64,000 bases of DNA from Octopus vulgaris. Lineage: Eukaryota. A program made the translations under genes and the position numbers. A model generated the notes under the pieces. It made no database searches. It was given only the letters and a program-made list of their open reading frames with translations, and was not told the origin of the DNA. Positions within the stretch are counted from its first letter, which is position 1, and every line of letters starts with the position of its first letter. Of the stretch, positions 14,822 to 26,970 are shown piece by piece. The stretch spans positions 43,152,001 to 43,216,000 of the forward strand of contig OX597835.1 of the NCBI GenBank assembly GCA_951406725.2, given 5' to 3'.

Positions 14822-15687
14822 GTAATTCTTGTTCTTTATATAATTTTCATCCGTCTTGGCCGCATATTGTTCTGGTGTCTGCTGAATTTTTCTCTAGAGA
14901 ACATTCTTTTCTTTGTAGTTTGATCGTTGGTGATCTACTTCTAGCATATGGCTGACCACTTAGTTGGTTTTTAGCCCTTTAAATATACACATATATATAT
15001 ATATATAATATATTTTACTATATAAATGAGTGTGTGTGTATGTGTGTGTGTATGTATATCATGAAAAGACTTCAAAACAATGTGTACTCGAGAAAAATGG
15101 ATTTGATTTTTGAAATCTGCATCCCATTGGGAGAGTATTTGGTAATTTGTAATCCAAGAATATAATTTGCTATGAGAAATAACTCACTTTTTAGACCACC
15201 AAATTTCCTTCTCTCTATTTGTCTGTCTCCCTCTCTCTTTTACACTTCCCCCTCCCTATATATATATTTACCACACTCTTTTTCACTCTCTCTCTCTCTG
15301 TATGTGTCTATCTCTCATGCGTAATGCTCCCCCCTTTCTTTCTTCATATGACATGTGATAGCTTTCATTTTGTTTAAAACATCGTTGTTGTACCATCAAA
15401 TGTTTTTACTTACATTTTGTGATAACTATCATGCAGAAAAAAGCTAGCTGTTTTCTGATTGAATAAAAATTATCAAATATTAAAATTTTGGTAACATTTT
15501 TCGAAAATTTTTCTCGAACAAATAAATCACAAAATTGGATTCCATGTGAAAAGTTACACCAATATACCAAATTTGAAACTTTTCACTTAATTTTGAAATT
15601 TCAAAATCTGTGAAAGCAACAGAAAAGGTCCTCTCCCTCTCTCTGTCTTTTACACTTTCCTCATTGTAAGTAAACTTTCCCCTTTCT

Positions 15688-16594
15688 CAGTGGCATAGCC
15701 AGGTTCTCAAGCTGGAGGGAGCAAGCTCATAAGAAAAATAGACAGCATAACCCCACCAAACGATTTTTAACTCATTCCTCTTATGTGAAATATTCCATTA
15801 GTTATAATAAACTTAATTTTATCCTACATTCATTAACCCTTTCGTTACCAACCCGACTGAAACCACCTTTGGCTCTGAGTACAAATGTCTTGTTTTCATA
15901 AGTTTTGAATTAAAATCTTCCACCAAACCTTAGTCACAATTTATGCTCCTAACACTAGCTGAATGATTACTAAGTTATTTTACTAAATTCTTTGTTATAT
16001 TTAAAGTAATTGAAGGAAACACAGAGTATCTCAAAATAAATACAGTAACGAAAGGGTTAATATCACATTTCAGTAGCAATGTCATTGAGTATGAAATTTA
16101 CAACTTCAGGAAACCGGTGCTGTGACATACCAAACAATTTTTAACCCATTTCGCTTATATTACCTGAAATATTTTATTTGTTGCAACAAATGCAATTGTA
16201 GTCTACGTTCATTAATCTCACCTTTCAGTAACAATATTCGTTATGTATGAAACTTACACCTACCGATATAGGTGTGACATGAAAAAGGTGAAATTCCACT
16301 GGATCGTCTAGGGTCAAGAGGTTATGATGTCAGGGTTTGTTTTGGTCCTTCAGACATCAGAAAACACCAACACATCACAGGAGATTGAGCAGAGAGTTAA
16401 AAAATCATGGGAGCTCGATCAAATAAAGTAATGTCTCCAGAAATTTCTTCCAGGGCCACGTGATTGGCAAAAAACAAAAATTCAATTTTTATCACACGGG
16501 GGAACTGAAGAGTTAAAATAATTGTTGAAAACATGCAAATTTTGAAAAATGTGCTCAGCAGGAGCAGTTGTTCCCCCTATTAGCTATGCCACTG
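15688..16594. mobile_element. Non-autonomous hAT element
   Basis: TIRs CAGTGGCATAGC / GCTATGCCACTG; 8-bp TSD CCCTTTCT / CCCTCTCT (1 mismatch). Confidence 0.75.
15837..16056. mobile_element. piggyBac-type MITE nested in the hAT element
   Basis: TTAA-CCCTTTCGTTAC...GTAACGAAAGGG-TTAA. A decayed relative lies near 60345-60560. Confidence 0.85.
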
Positions 16595-16689
16595 CCCTCT
16601 CTTTATATATATATATATATATATATATGGCGGTGCCCCAGCATGGCCACAGCTCATGAGCTGAAACTAGAATCAATCAGAATCAGTCA

Positions 16690-16730
<41 letters not shown>

Positions 16731-16841
16731 GAGTAAACACATAAATGTGAAACAAGGTGGAAAAAAGAGTACTCAAATACTAGGGGTAGAGTAATATGCT
16801 TTTTTTAAAAGCAGCAGAATTTCTGCTACTTTTAAATAAAG

Positions 16842-16871
<30 letters not shown>

Positions 16872-16872
<1 letters not shown>

Positions 16873-17437
16873 TGGGTTGTCCGGAAAGTTCGTGCCGATT
16901 TTTAAAGGAAAGAAAAAGGTCAATAAATTCTTGCCTTTACATTTTTAATCAACCAAATATGAACCATTTGGTTGCGCAATGCGTCTCCATCTTTCCTTTA
17001 ACTTGAAAATACCCTCTTCCCAGAATTGAGATGGTTTCTTGTCAAAGAATTCATCAAGGTATCTTTTTATGCCATCCAAGGAATTGAAATTTTTACCATT
17101 AAGACTATTCTGCAGAGACCTGAATAAGTGGAAACCCAAAGGAGCAATATCTGGTGAATATGGAGGGTGGGGTAACACATCCCAACCGAGCTGCAGCAAT
17201 TTTTGTCTGGTTCCCAAAGCATCAAGTGCCGAAAATGAACTTTCTTATCTTCCATTTTAAAGGGTTACAGAATTAACACAGGTTATAGGAACATAAACCT
17301 TCTTCCACAAAAAGATAGCTCAAACTGTACTCTAAATGGAGGTGTAGTCAAATCCTATTTTATGGACTCAACCATGTTTTAAAATAAGTCGAAAGGTAAG
17401 CTACTATAAATCAGCAAGAACTTTCCAGACAACCCAG
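16872..17437 (-). mobile_element. Internally deleted mariner (DD34D-type) element
   Basis: TIRs TTGGGTTGTCCGGAAAGTTC / GAACTTTCCAGACAACCCAG. N-terminal MEDKKVHFRHLMLW joins directly to C-terminal LPHPPYSPDIAP...NGSYLVD. Confidence 0.9.
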
Positions 17438-18461
17438 TAGTTACCACACTCTCTCACACTTTCTCTGTATATGTATATTGCTCATACTGAATGTGTGTTT
17501 GTATGCATGACTGCGTGTGTGTGTGAGTGTGTGTGAGTGCATGCATGTCTGTGCGTCGTGCACGTGTGAGGAATTTCAGTTGGGCAACTGAGTTGAATGA
17601 CCCTCACAAAACATCAGGTGGTGGTGGTGGTAGTGGTGGAATTGGTGGTTGTGGTGGTGGTGGTGGTACTGATAGTGATGATAATAATGACGATGATGAC
17701 TATTGCACCAGCACTGATTGAAGCGTGGTAGTAGTGGAGGTAAGAGACATGGCAGTAGTAACAGCAGTGGTGGTGGTGGTGATGATAGCAATTGTAGTGG
17801 TGGCGGTGGTGGTTGTGGTGGTGGTGGTGGTGGTGGAGGTGGTGGTGGTGGCGGCGGCGGCGGTGGTGGTAAAATTTGGGCTTCTAAATTCTGAGGTTTA
17901 AATCCAACCACAATTAATCCCTGTCCCCACCCAACCCCAACTCCACCCCCACACTCAAAGGGGATATTCACTATTTTACTTTAAACTTTATCAGTTTAAA
18001 TACCATCAGAGCAAAGTTGGGGGTGGATATGACACACCCTTCCATTCCCTTTTTCATCAACCCTCATCATCAAGGACGACCCAACGACCTTGAAAAAGGT
18101 CAAAAGGATCTTGACAATACGTTCATGGGAAATTTTAAATGAATTACCCTTATTTTGTTCCCAGTTTTATACACAGGCTGATGCTCCCTTCTGCTGCACC
18201 CTTTTTGTTTATTCTTCAGAAATCCAATCCCTTTGAAACCTCATTCCCTCTCTGGTATTTTCATTTTTTTTTCTACCCTTATCTTGTCTGATTAGGGTAT
18301 GAATATATAATGTAGGTACGTGTTGTATGAGCATATGCCTGTATGCATATATATGTATGTGTATGTGTTCATTAATGTATTTTGCACATGTGAATAGTAT
18401 ATACGCTTTGCTTATGTATGTATATGTGTGTATATATGTATTTGTATATATATATACTCTT

Positions 18462-18858
18462 TACTCTTTACTCTTTTACTTGTTTCAGTCATTTGACTGT
18501 GGCCATGCTGGAGCACTGCCTTTAATCGAGCAACTCGACCCCGGGACTTATTCTTTGTAAGCCCAGTACTTATTCTATCGGTCTCTTTTGGCAAACCGCT
18601 AAGTAACGGGGACATAAACACACCAGCATCGGTTGTCAAGCAATGCTAGGGGGACAAACACAGACACACAAACACACACACATACATATATATGTACATA
18701 TATACGACGGGCTTCTTTCAGTTTCCATCTACCAAATCCACTCACAAGGCTTTAGTCGACCCGAGGCTATAGTAGAAGACACTTGCCCAAGGTGCCATGC
18801 AGTGGGACTGAACCCAGTACCATGTGGTTGGTAAACAAGCTACTTACCACACAGCCAC
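18462..18858 (-). mobile_element. OK-like CORE SINE
   Basis: Near-identical to the 6232-6648 copy. Confidence 0.88.
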
Positions 18859-18997
18859 CTATATAAATATATATTATATTATATTATATTTGTATATCTG
18901 GATATTTGTTTATTGTTTATTTTTTATATATTAAGTAATACGTGTATCATGTTTAGTATATTAATATTAATATTAATATTTTTAAAGTTCATTATAA

Positions 18998-19131
18998 CCT
19001 CTGACAAGGCCTATGGTTTTTTTAATATATAACTATTATATTTTTTAAATGCCTACAACCTTAGTATGTTGACATCTATAGGCAATGAAAATTAGATTTA
19101 CTTTTGATCATAGGCTGAAACAGCTGTAAGA
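18998..19131 (+). ncRNA. Decayed hammerhead-like motif
   Basis: CTGACAA (CpG-decayed CTGACGA)-GGCCTATG...CATAGGCT-GAA-ACAGCTGT-A with palindromic stem III. Confidence 0.55.
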
Positions 19132-19347
19132 AGTAATTTTTAGGATTTCATTAATTTATACTTTGACTTTTAAAATCTGTATTTTTATTATTATCTTATC
19201 TATTGATTTATATAATATTTTTGTATGTTTTTGATGTTCTCATTTGTAAAATGAATAAATAATCCAAAATTATAATATCCGTAAGTTGATGAACAAACCA
19301 AATTTGTTTCTACATTTTCTTATTTGTATTATATATATATATATACT

Positions 19348-19414
<67 letters not shown>

Positions 19415-19648
19415 TGGAGTAAACACATAAATGTGAAACAAGGTGGAAAAAAGAGTGCTCAAATACCAGTGGTAGAGTAATATGCTTTATTTAAAGCAGC
19501 AGAAAATTCAACAAAATCTGTTACTCTGAGTTTCTCGTTGCCGTTCATCAGACAGTTTTTGTTAGAACAAAAACTGTCTGATGAACGGCGACGAGAAACT
19601 CAGAGTAACAGATTTTGTTGAATTTTCTGCTGCTTTAAATAAAGTATA
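19415..19648. mobile_element. Fold-back Penelope-like unit in (TA)n with two inverted hammerheads
   Basis: Arms 19485-19563 / 19566-19644 are near-perfect. Motif CTGT-CTGATGA-ACG-GCGA-CGA-GAA-ACTC-A-GAGT-A-ACAG at 19574-19611(+), mirrored at 19518-19555(-). A shorter same-family copy lies at 16728-16845. Confidence 0.75.
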
Positions 19649-20177
19649 TATATATATATATATATATTATATTGAGGGTACTACTATTCGTAGATACCAC
19701 ATGCTAAGAGGGACCAATGCGGTCAAAACTACTAAAATAAACAAAATTTTACCGAATGCAAAACTTCAAAGCAAATCATTTAAAAAAAGAATTTAGTTAC
19801 ATATCACCTGTGATTTCGCAATTAATGCAGAATATGCATTCTATGTTCATCAGTGCAACAAACTCAAGATATATAAGAAAAAACATAACGTTACAAGCTC
19901 GATAGCCAACCGTAGAATTCGTCGTAGCATGTACGAATGATTATCTTTACATATCTATGAAAATGGCGGGCTTATTCGCAATGCATTTCGGTAACAAATT
20001 GCTTACTCAGAATAAAAATTCAGTATTGAACTATTCCGGTGAAAAATATAAATTAACAATTGAGGATAAAATCTTTAAAAGAAATTATCAGTAGTTAGCG
20101 TGAAAAACCTTGTAAGAGAAAAAATCCGTAAATTTATTTATATTATATTGAGGGTACTACTATTCGTAGATACCACA

Positions 20178-20575
20178 GGCACTGGCTTGGCTTTGTGGTA
20201 AGTAGCTTGTTTACCAACCACATGGTTCCGGGTTCAGTCCCACTGCATGGCACCTTGGGCAAGTGTCTTCTACTATAGTCTCAGGCCAACCAAAGCCATG
20301 TGAGTTGATTTACTAGATGGAAACTGAAAGAAACCTGTTGTGTGTGTGTGTGTGTATTTGTGTGTGCATGTTTGTGTTTGTCCCTCTGCCATCACTTAAC
20401 AATCGATGCTGGTGTGTTTATGTCCCTGTAAATTAGCGGTTCAGCAAAAGGGACCAATACTAGGCTTCCAAAGAATAAGTCCTAGGGTCAATTTTTCAAC
20501 TAAAAAACCCTTCAAGGCAGTGCTCCAGCATGGCTGCTGTCAAATAGCTGGAATGTGTAAGAGAATAAAAGAATA
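20178..20575 (+). mobile_element. OK-like CORE SINE
   Basis: Same head, CORE and tail as the other copies. Confidence 0.85.
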
Positions 20576-21179
20576 AAAAAGTATGTATGTGTGTGTTTTG
20601 TGTGTGTGGGTGTGTGTGTATTTAATGTAAATATATATGTTAGCTTATCTCAGACAATTGAGTGAGGAGTGTTCAATACATGTTGAGGATATGTTTTTTT
20701 TTTTACTGAAACCAAAAACCAAGAGTCTGTCTCACAACTTAAGTTTCATGCCACAGCAATCTCCAAGCAAGAACTGTTACAAGTCAATATTAGTGCTTAT
20801 GTTTGTTCATTGGCTCAAATTTCGTGTTTATTGATTGGCTGCTATTTTCCTGGTCTCTTCATCAGTTATTTAAGATTCTTTTAGAGTGAAGTTTGGTATT
20901 TGTATTTCTTGAATTGTTGGGGGTATATGTTCAAGTGCTTATGATATATAAATATCTGTTGCTAGTTACTGTCATTTGACTGTGGCCATGCCAGAGCACA
21001 GCCTTGAAGAAATTCACCTCTGGACTTATTCTTTGTAATCCTGGTGCTTATTCTATCAGTCTTTTCTGACAAATCACTAAGTTACAGGGACGTAAACACA
21101 CCAACATCGGTGTCAAGTGATGGTGGGGGAGAAACACAGACACAAACAAACGCACATAAATATATACAAATATATGAGA

Positions 21180-21609
21180 TGGACCCTGGTTGAGAGCTGC
21201 TGCTCTAGATGACGATGATGATGATTCTCCTGGGGTCACTTGGCCTACTAGAAATAACAGCCAAATCTCTATCTCATATCACACATCACAACCAACAGCT
21301 GTGTGGTTAAGAAGCTCAGCTTGCAACCACATGGTTTTATGTTTCATCCCACTCTGTGACTCTTAGAAAAAATAGCATCCAGAGAAGTTTGGGTCAAGTG
21401 ACATTGTGTGAGTGACATTTGATAAATGGAAACTGAGCCGAAGCTTGCCTTGTCCATCTGTCCACTTACACACTCACACTCATCCATCCATCTTTCTCTT
21501 TCTTGCTCTGTATTTCTCTCTCTATCTCTTTCTCTCCACATACTCGCATGCACACACACTCACATATGTATATATGGATACATGGCTGTGTGTATATATA
21601 TGTATATAT

Positions 21610-21648
<39 letters not shown>

Positions 21649-21885
21649 GCCATGTATCCATATATACATATGTGAGTGTGTGTGCATGCTGGATGCTATT
21701 TTTTCTAAGAGTCACAGAGTGGGATGAAACATAAAACCATGTGGTTGCAAGCTGAGCTTCTTAACCACACAGCTGTTGGTTGTGATGTGTGATATGAGAT
21801 TTGGTTGTTATTTCTAGTAGGCCAAGTGACACCAGTAGAGTCATCATCATCGTCATCTAGAGCAGCAGCTCTCAACCAGGATCCA
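21180..21885. repeat. Nested inverted duplication (A-B-C-(TA)n-C'-A')
   Basis: Outer arms 21180-21382 / 21689-21885; inner palindrome 21546-21689. Confidence 0.9.
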
Positions 21886-22008
21886 CCTCAAGGATCAATA
21901 TAAGAATTTTGTCATTAAAATTTATGCATAATAAAATTAGTTATACTTTTAAAATGCATAAAATCATCATCATCATCCTCATCATCCTCATCATCCTCAT
22001 CATCATCC

Positions 22009-22052
<44 letters not shown>

Positions 22053-22324
22053 GTTTAACGTCTGCTTTCCATGCTGTCATGGGTTGGACAATTTGACTGA
22101 GGGCTGGCAAACTAGATGGTTGCACCAGGCTCCAGTCTGATCTGGCAGAGTTTCTACAGCTGGATGCCCTTCCTAATGCCAACCACTTTGAGAGTGTAGT
22201 GGGTGCTTTTACGTTCCACTGGCACAAGGTCCGGTCTGGCAACGGCCATGCTGAAATGGTGTTTTTTACGTGTCACCTATCAACAAATTTTTTTTATATA
22301 ATTCCCAATAATATATCTTTCCCA

Positions 22325-22558
22325 TATTCTTTTATTTGTTTCAGCCATTTGACTGTGGCCATACTGGAGCACTGCCTTGAAGGGTTTTAATCAAGCAAAT
22401 CGACCCCAGGACTTTTTTTTTTCCATTTTTTCAAGCCTGATACTTATTCTATTGGTCTCTTTTTGCCGAACTGCTAAGTTACAGGGATATAAACACACCA
22501 ACACCGGATGTCAAGCAGTGATGGTGGGACAAACACAAACACATAGATATATACATAA

Positions 22559-22594
<36 letters not shown>

Positions 22595-23213
22595 GAAAAA
22601 ACAAGTCAAGATAGAAAACGCTAAAATAATTTTACAAAGAACATTTCAATACCGGTTTCGGTCATTTTGAGACCTTTTCAACTGTAACGATTAAATAATT
22701 AAACTTAGAAAAATTAAAAGAAAAGTTTTTTTAAAGAATATTTGTATAGTGTTCAAATATAAGTGGCATTTTCCACTCAAACCCACAAGAGTAAACAAGA
22801 GAGACAGAGACAGGCAGAAACAAGGAAAATGCCCCTTGTATTTGAACACTATACAAATATTCCTTTAAAAAAACTTTTCTTTTAATTTTTCTAAATTTAA
22901 TTGTTTAATTGTTACAGTTGAAAAAGTCTCAATGACTGAAACCGGTACTGAAATATTTTTTATAAAATTATTTTAGCATTTCCTATCTTGACTTGTTTTT
23001 TCATATATACCAACTCGTGTGTTCCTTTTCATCCTTATATATATATATATGATGGGCTTCTCTTAGTTTCCATCAACCAAATCCACTCACAAAGATTTGT
23101 TTGGCATGAGGCTGTAGTAGAAGACATTTGCCCAAGGTGCCACACAGTGGGATTGAACCTGGAACCATGTGGTTGGGAAGCAAGCTTATTACCACACAGC
23201 CACGCCTGCACCT
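22325..23213 (-). mobile_element. OK-like SINE interrupted by a fold-back element
   Basis: 5' half at 23036-23213, 3' half at 22325-22590; the insertion sits in the internal (TA)n. Confidence 0.8.
22593..23004. mobile_element. Fold-back Penelope-like unit, ~180-bp arms, U3-A8 hammerhead variant in each arm
   Basis: Arms 22593-22774 / 22824-23004. CAG-TTGAAAA-AGTC-TCAAT-GACT-GAA-ACCGGT-A-CTG at 22915-22950. Confidence 0.72.
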
Positions 23214-23214
23214 T

Positions 23215-23300
23215 AAAAATATGGAACACTTCATGAATTTGCATGTCATCCTTGATTAGGGGCCATGCTAATCTTCTATGTATCGTCCCAATTTTCGTAT
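23215..23300 (-). pseudogene. U6: U6 snRNA pseudogene, 5'-truncated
   Basis: Minus strand ATACGAAAATTGGGACGATACATAGAAGATTAGCATGGCCCCTAATCAAGGATGACATGCAAATTCATGAAGTGTTCCATATTTTT matches U6 from about nt 21 to the 3' end. ACAGAGA box mutated, CpGs decayed, 5' stem-loop absent. Confidence 0.95.
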
Positions 23301-23499
23301 TGCAAAAAATATGATGGGATTTTTTAAGGATTGAATGGCTCATGAGGTCCAGTAGGTTAGAAAAGGAATCAAAAGGGTCCATAGGCAAAAAATGGTGAAG
23401 AACCTCTGGTTTTGAGTTTTATAATCACAACAATGAAGCAAAACCTTTCTGTTCAAACAATAAGACTGATAAAGTTTTATTCTTATAAATATACAGGTA

Positions 23500-23667
23500 T
23501 AGGGGCAGGAGTGGCTGTGTGGTAATAAGCTTGCTTCCGAATCACATGGTTCCGGGTTCAGTCCCACTACAAGTCTTCTACTATACTCTCAGGCTGACCT
23601 TGCAAGTGGATTTGTAGATGGAAACAGAAAGAAACCCATTGTATATGTATATATATATGCATGTGTT

Positions 23668-23736
<69 letters not shown>

Positions 23737-24330
23737 ATGCGTGTGTGTGTGTGTGTGTGTGTATTTGTACTCCCACCATTGCTTGACAACAGATGCTGGT
23801 GTGTTTATGTCCCTGTAACTTAGCAGTTCAGCAAAAGAGACCAATGGAATATGTACTAGGCTTACAATAAATAAGTCCTGGGGTAAATTTCTTTGACTAA
23901 AACCCTTCAAGGCAGTGCTCCAGCATGGCCGCAGTCGAATAACTGAAACAAGCAAAATAAAATAATAATATAATACACACAATAATGCATGGCACCTTGG
24001 GCAAGTGTCTTCTGCTATAGCCCCGGGCCGAACAAAGCCTTGTGAGTGGATTTGGTAGACGGAAACTGAAAGAAGCCTGTCGTATATATGTATATATATG
24101 TGTGTGTGTGCGCGTATGTTTGTGTGTCTGTGTTTGTCCCCCCCCCCCCCAACATTGCTTGTCAACCGATGCTGGTGTGTTTACGTCGCCGTCACTTAGC
24201 GGTTCGGCAAAAGAGACCAATAGAATAAGTACTGGGCTTACAAAGAATAAGTCCCGGGGTTGATTTGCTCGACTAAAAGGCGGTGCTCCAGCATGGCTGC
24301 AGTCAAATGACTGAAACAAGTAAAAGAGTG
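23500..24330 (+). mobile_element. Two tandem OK-like SINEs (23500-23960, 23985-24330)
   Basis: Head/CORE/(TG)n/tail pattern twice; the second copy is 5'-truncated. Confidence 0.85.
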
Positions 24331-24912
24331 AATGAGAGACATAAAATAGGTACCAGTCATATTCTTGGGGGGGATTCAATTAAGTGCATCGTTTGCCCAT
24401 AAACATGTCATCTTCTGTTTCAATGCCAGAGAAATATTATGATTATGGCTGAAAGAAAATTACAGTTTCTCAGACCAGCTCCTCGAATACGAAAATAGAA
24501 TCCGAAGAATATGGAGAATACGAAGTAAATGACCGATTTATAGATATTGCAACATTGGTTTTGGAACACTCCCAGAAGTATTGAGGAATGTTTCTTCGTG
24601 TTTAAGAAAGAATGTTGCTGTCCAAAGGGGAATTTCCTCCAGTGCAAAAATAAAGAATCCATAGTCACATTCTTGCTACGTTCCCAATACTAAGGTGACT
24701 AGGCTGGTCGAAGTTATTTCGTAACTACTTGGTGGATAGGGGGATAAGCGTGGCCTTATGGTAAGAGTGGTTGGGTCATGGTCGCAATGACCTGTGTTCA
24801 ATTCTTGGACTGGGGGGACACATTGTGTGCTTGAGCAAGGCACTTTATTTCAATGTTACTCCTGTCTGCTCAGTTGAATATGAGTACCAACTGAGTACTA
24901 GTGTAACCCCCC

Positions 24913-25094
<182 letters not shown>

Positions 25095-25344
25095 GCAGTC
25101 ATATCTTGAACGTGAAGCTGGGTCAAGGGTAGGAGGACTAAGAAGGTGATCAACTCTGTTTGTGATGACACAGGAATCTAAGATCATTAGTGAAGACGTG
25201 TTACACATTACCAAGCCATTCTCACTTGCAGACAGTGGCCAGCTTGTAGGTGGATAGGTAGATTGTAACTATTTCATGGCATTTTGGATGGTAGGTAGGT
25301 ATTTGGCAGAATCATTAGTCATCATCATCATCATCATTGGTGTA

Positions 25345-25507
25345 AGCATGGCTGTGTGGTAAGAAGCTTGCTTACCAACCACATGGTTCTGGGTTCAGTC
25401 CCGTTGTGTGGTACCTTGAGCAAATGTCTTTTACTATAGCTTTGGGCCAACTAAAGCCATGTGAATGGATTTGGTAGATGGAAACTGAAAGAAGCTCATT
25501 GATATAA

Positions 25508-25548
<41 letters not shown>

Positions 25549-25775
25549 TGTGCATGTGTATCTTTGTGTTTGCTCCTTGCTACTGCTTGACAACAAGTAT
25601 TGATGTGTTAACATCCCTGTAACCTAGCAGTTCAGCTAAAGGAGACCAATAGAATAAGTACCAAGTTTAAAAACCAAAAATAAGTTCTGGGGTCAAGTCA
25701 TTCAACTAAAATTTCTTCAGGGGTGTGCCCCAGCATGGCCACATTCTAATGACTGAAACAAGTGAAAGATGAAAC
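25345..25775 (+). mobile_element. OK-like CORE SINE
   Basis: Same head, CORE and tail. Confidence 0.82.
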
Positions 25776-26288
25776 ATCATCATCATCATCATCATTTAAG
25801 ATCCATTTTCCATTCTGGTTTGGGTTGGACAGGATCTGGTGACCCAGGGGACTGTGAGAAGCTCTGTTGTCAGTTTTGAAATGATTTCTATGGCTGGATG
25901 CCCTTCCTAACATCAACCACTTTACAGAGTGTACAGGGTGCCTTTTGTGTGTGTGTGTGTGTGTGGCACCAGCACTGTGGCAGGGTCACCAAGCAAATTG
26001 CAAAACAAAATCCCCTCAATTGGAGACCGATTTTTTGCCAATTGATGAGAGGTTGAAAGACTAATAGAGGGATTGAAATAGGTGTCTTGCCAGAGAAGAG
26101 ACAGACAGATATCCCACTTTGAGAAGAAGGGAGAGAAAGAGAGATTTATCTGTAGATAAACTCAGGGATGAAAACAATGCACTGCTAACACAGAAGTACA
26201 GTACTGCCATGGCCCTTAATATAGTTGGTAGTATCTTACAGCTGCAAAATGAAATACACAGTCCCTACCAGCAATTAGTAAATAGGTA

Positions 26289-26448
26289 CTGTATTTTAAC
26301 ATATATAAGGAACCCTTTTTTGTCAAAAATTAGGTTAAAAAATATGGGAGTTTCTTATACTTGGATAGTATTATAGACATTACAAAACCTTTTCTCCAAA
26401 TTTTAAACCCCCAAAATTAGGGGGTTCCTTATACACGTTAAAATACTG
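26289..26448. mobile_element. pogo/Tc2-like MITE
   Basis: TA-CTGTATTTTAACATATATAAGGAACCC ... GGGTTCCTTATACACGTTAAAATACTG-TA. Confidence 0.7.
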
Positions 26449-26569
26449 TATATTTTTTTTTCTTTTACTTATTTCAGGCATTTGACTGAAGCCATGCTGG
26501 AGCACTGCCTTTATGGTGAATATATAGGTGGAACATCTATTAACAGGTGATCTATAAGACATCTATTAA

Positions 26570-26970
26570 CAGGTGATCTATATGAGGTACCTAGTCACTG
26601 CTAGGTAAACCAGACAGTTCGTACCCCCTTGTGGTACCTACTTACAGTAAGATGTACTCTGCCTCTCTTTGGTACTGCCTTACAGCCAGGTAGACTGTGT
26701 CTAACTCTGGTACCTCCATACAACCAGGAGGTTTGTGTTTCATTGTGGTACCCACATACACTTGGGTGAAATCTACTTCACTGTGGTACCTACTTACAGC
26801 TAGGAGAACTGTGCTTTACTATGGCACCTATTTATAGCTAAGTAGACTCTACCTTAAAAGAGATACACCCTCGCAGTTAGATCAACTGTAACTCATTGTG
26901 ATCCCTACTTACAGATAGATGGACTCTACCTCACACTCTGGTACTTCCTTACAGTTAAGTAGGTTGGCCC
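26570..26970. repeat. Degenerate ~35-bp minisatellite
   Basis: Recurring GTGGTACCTACTTACAGCTAGGTAGACT-like units. Confidence 0.7.

Noticed and set aside
23215-23300. Functional U6 gene
   Set aside because: The 5' ~20 nt are missing, the ACAGAGA box is mutated, CpGs have decayed and no upstream promoter is visible.
24400-24725. Unique-looking segment as a host exon
   Set aside because: The plus frames I checked hit stops quickly, and the minus ORF has no recognisable motif or clear splice sites.
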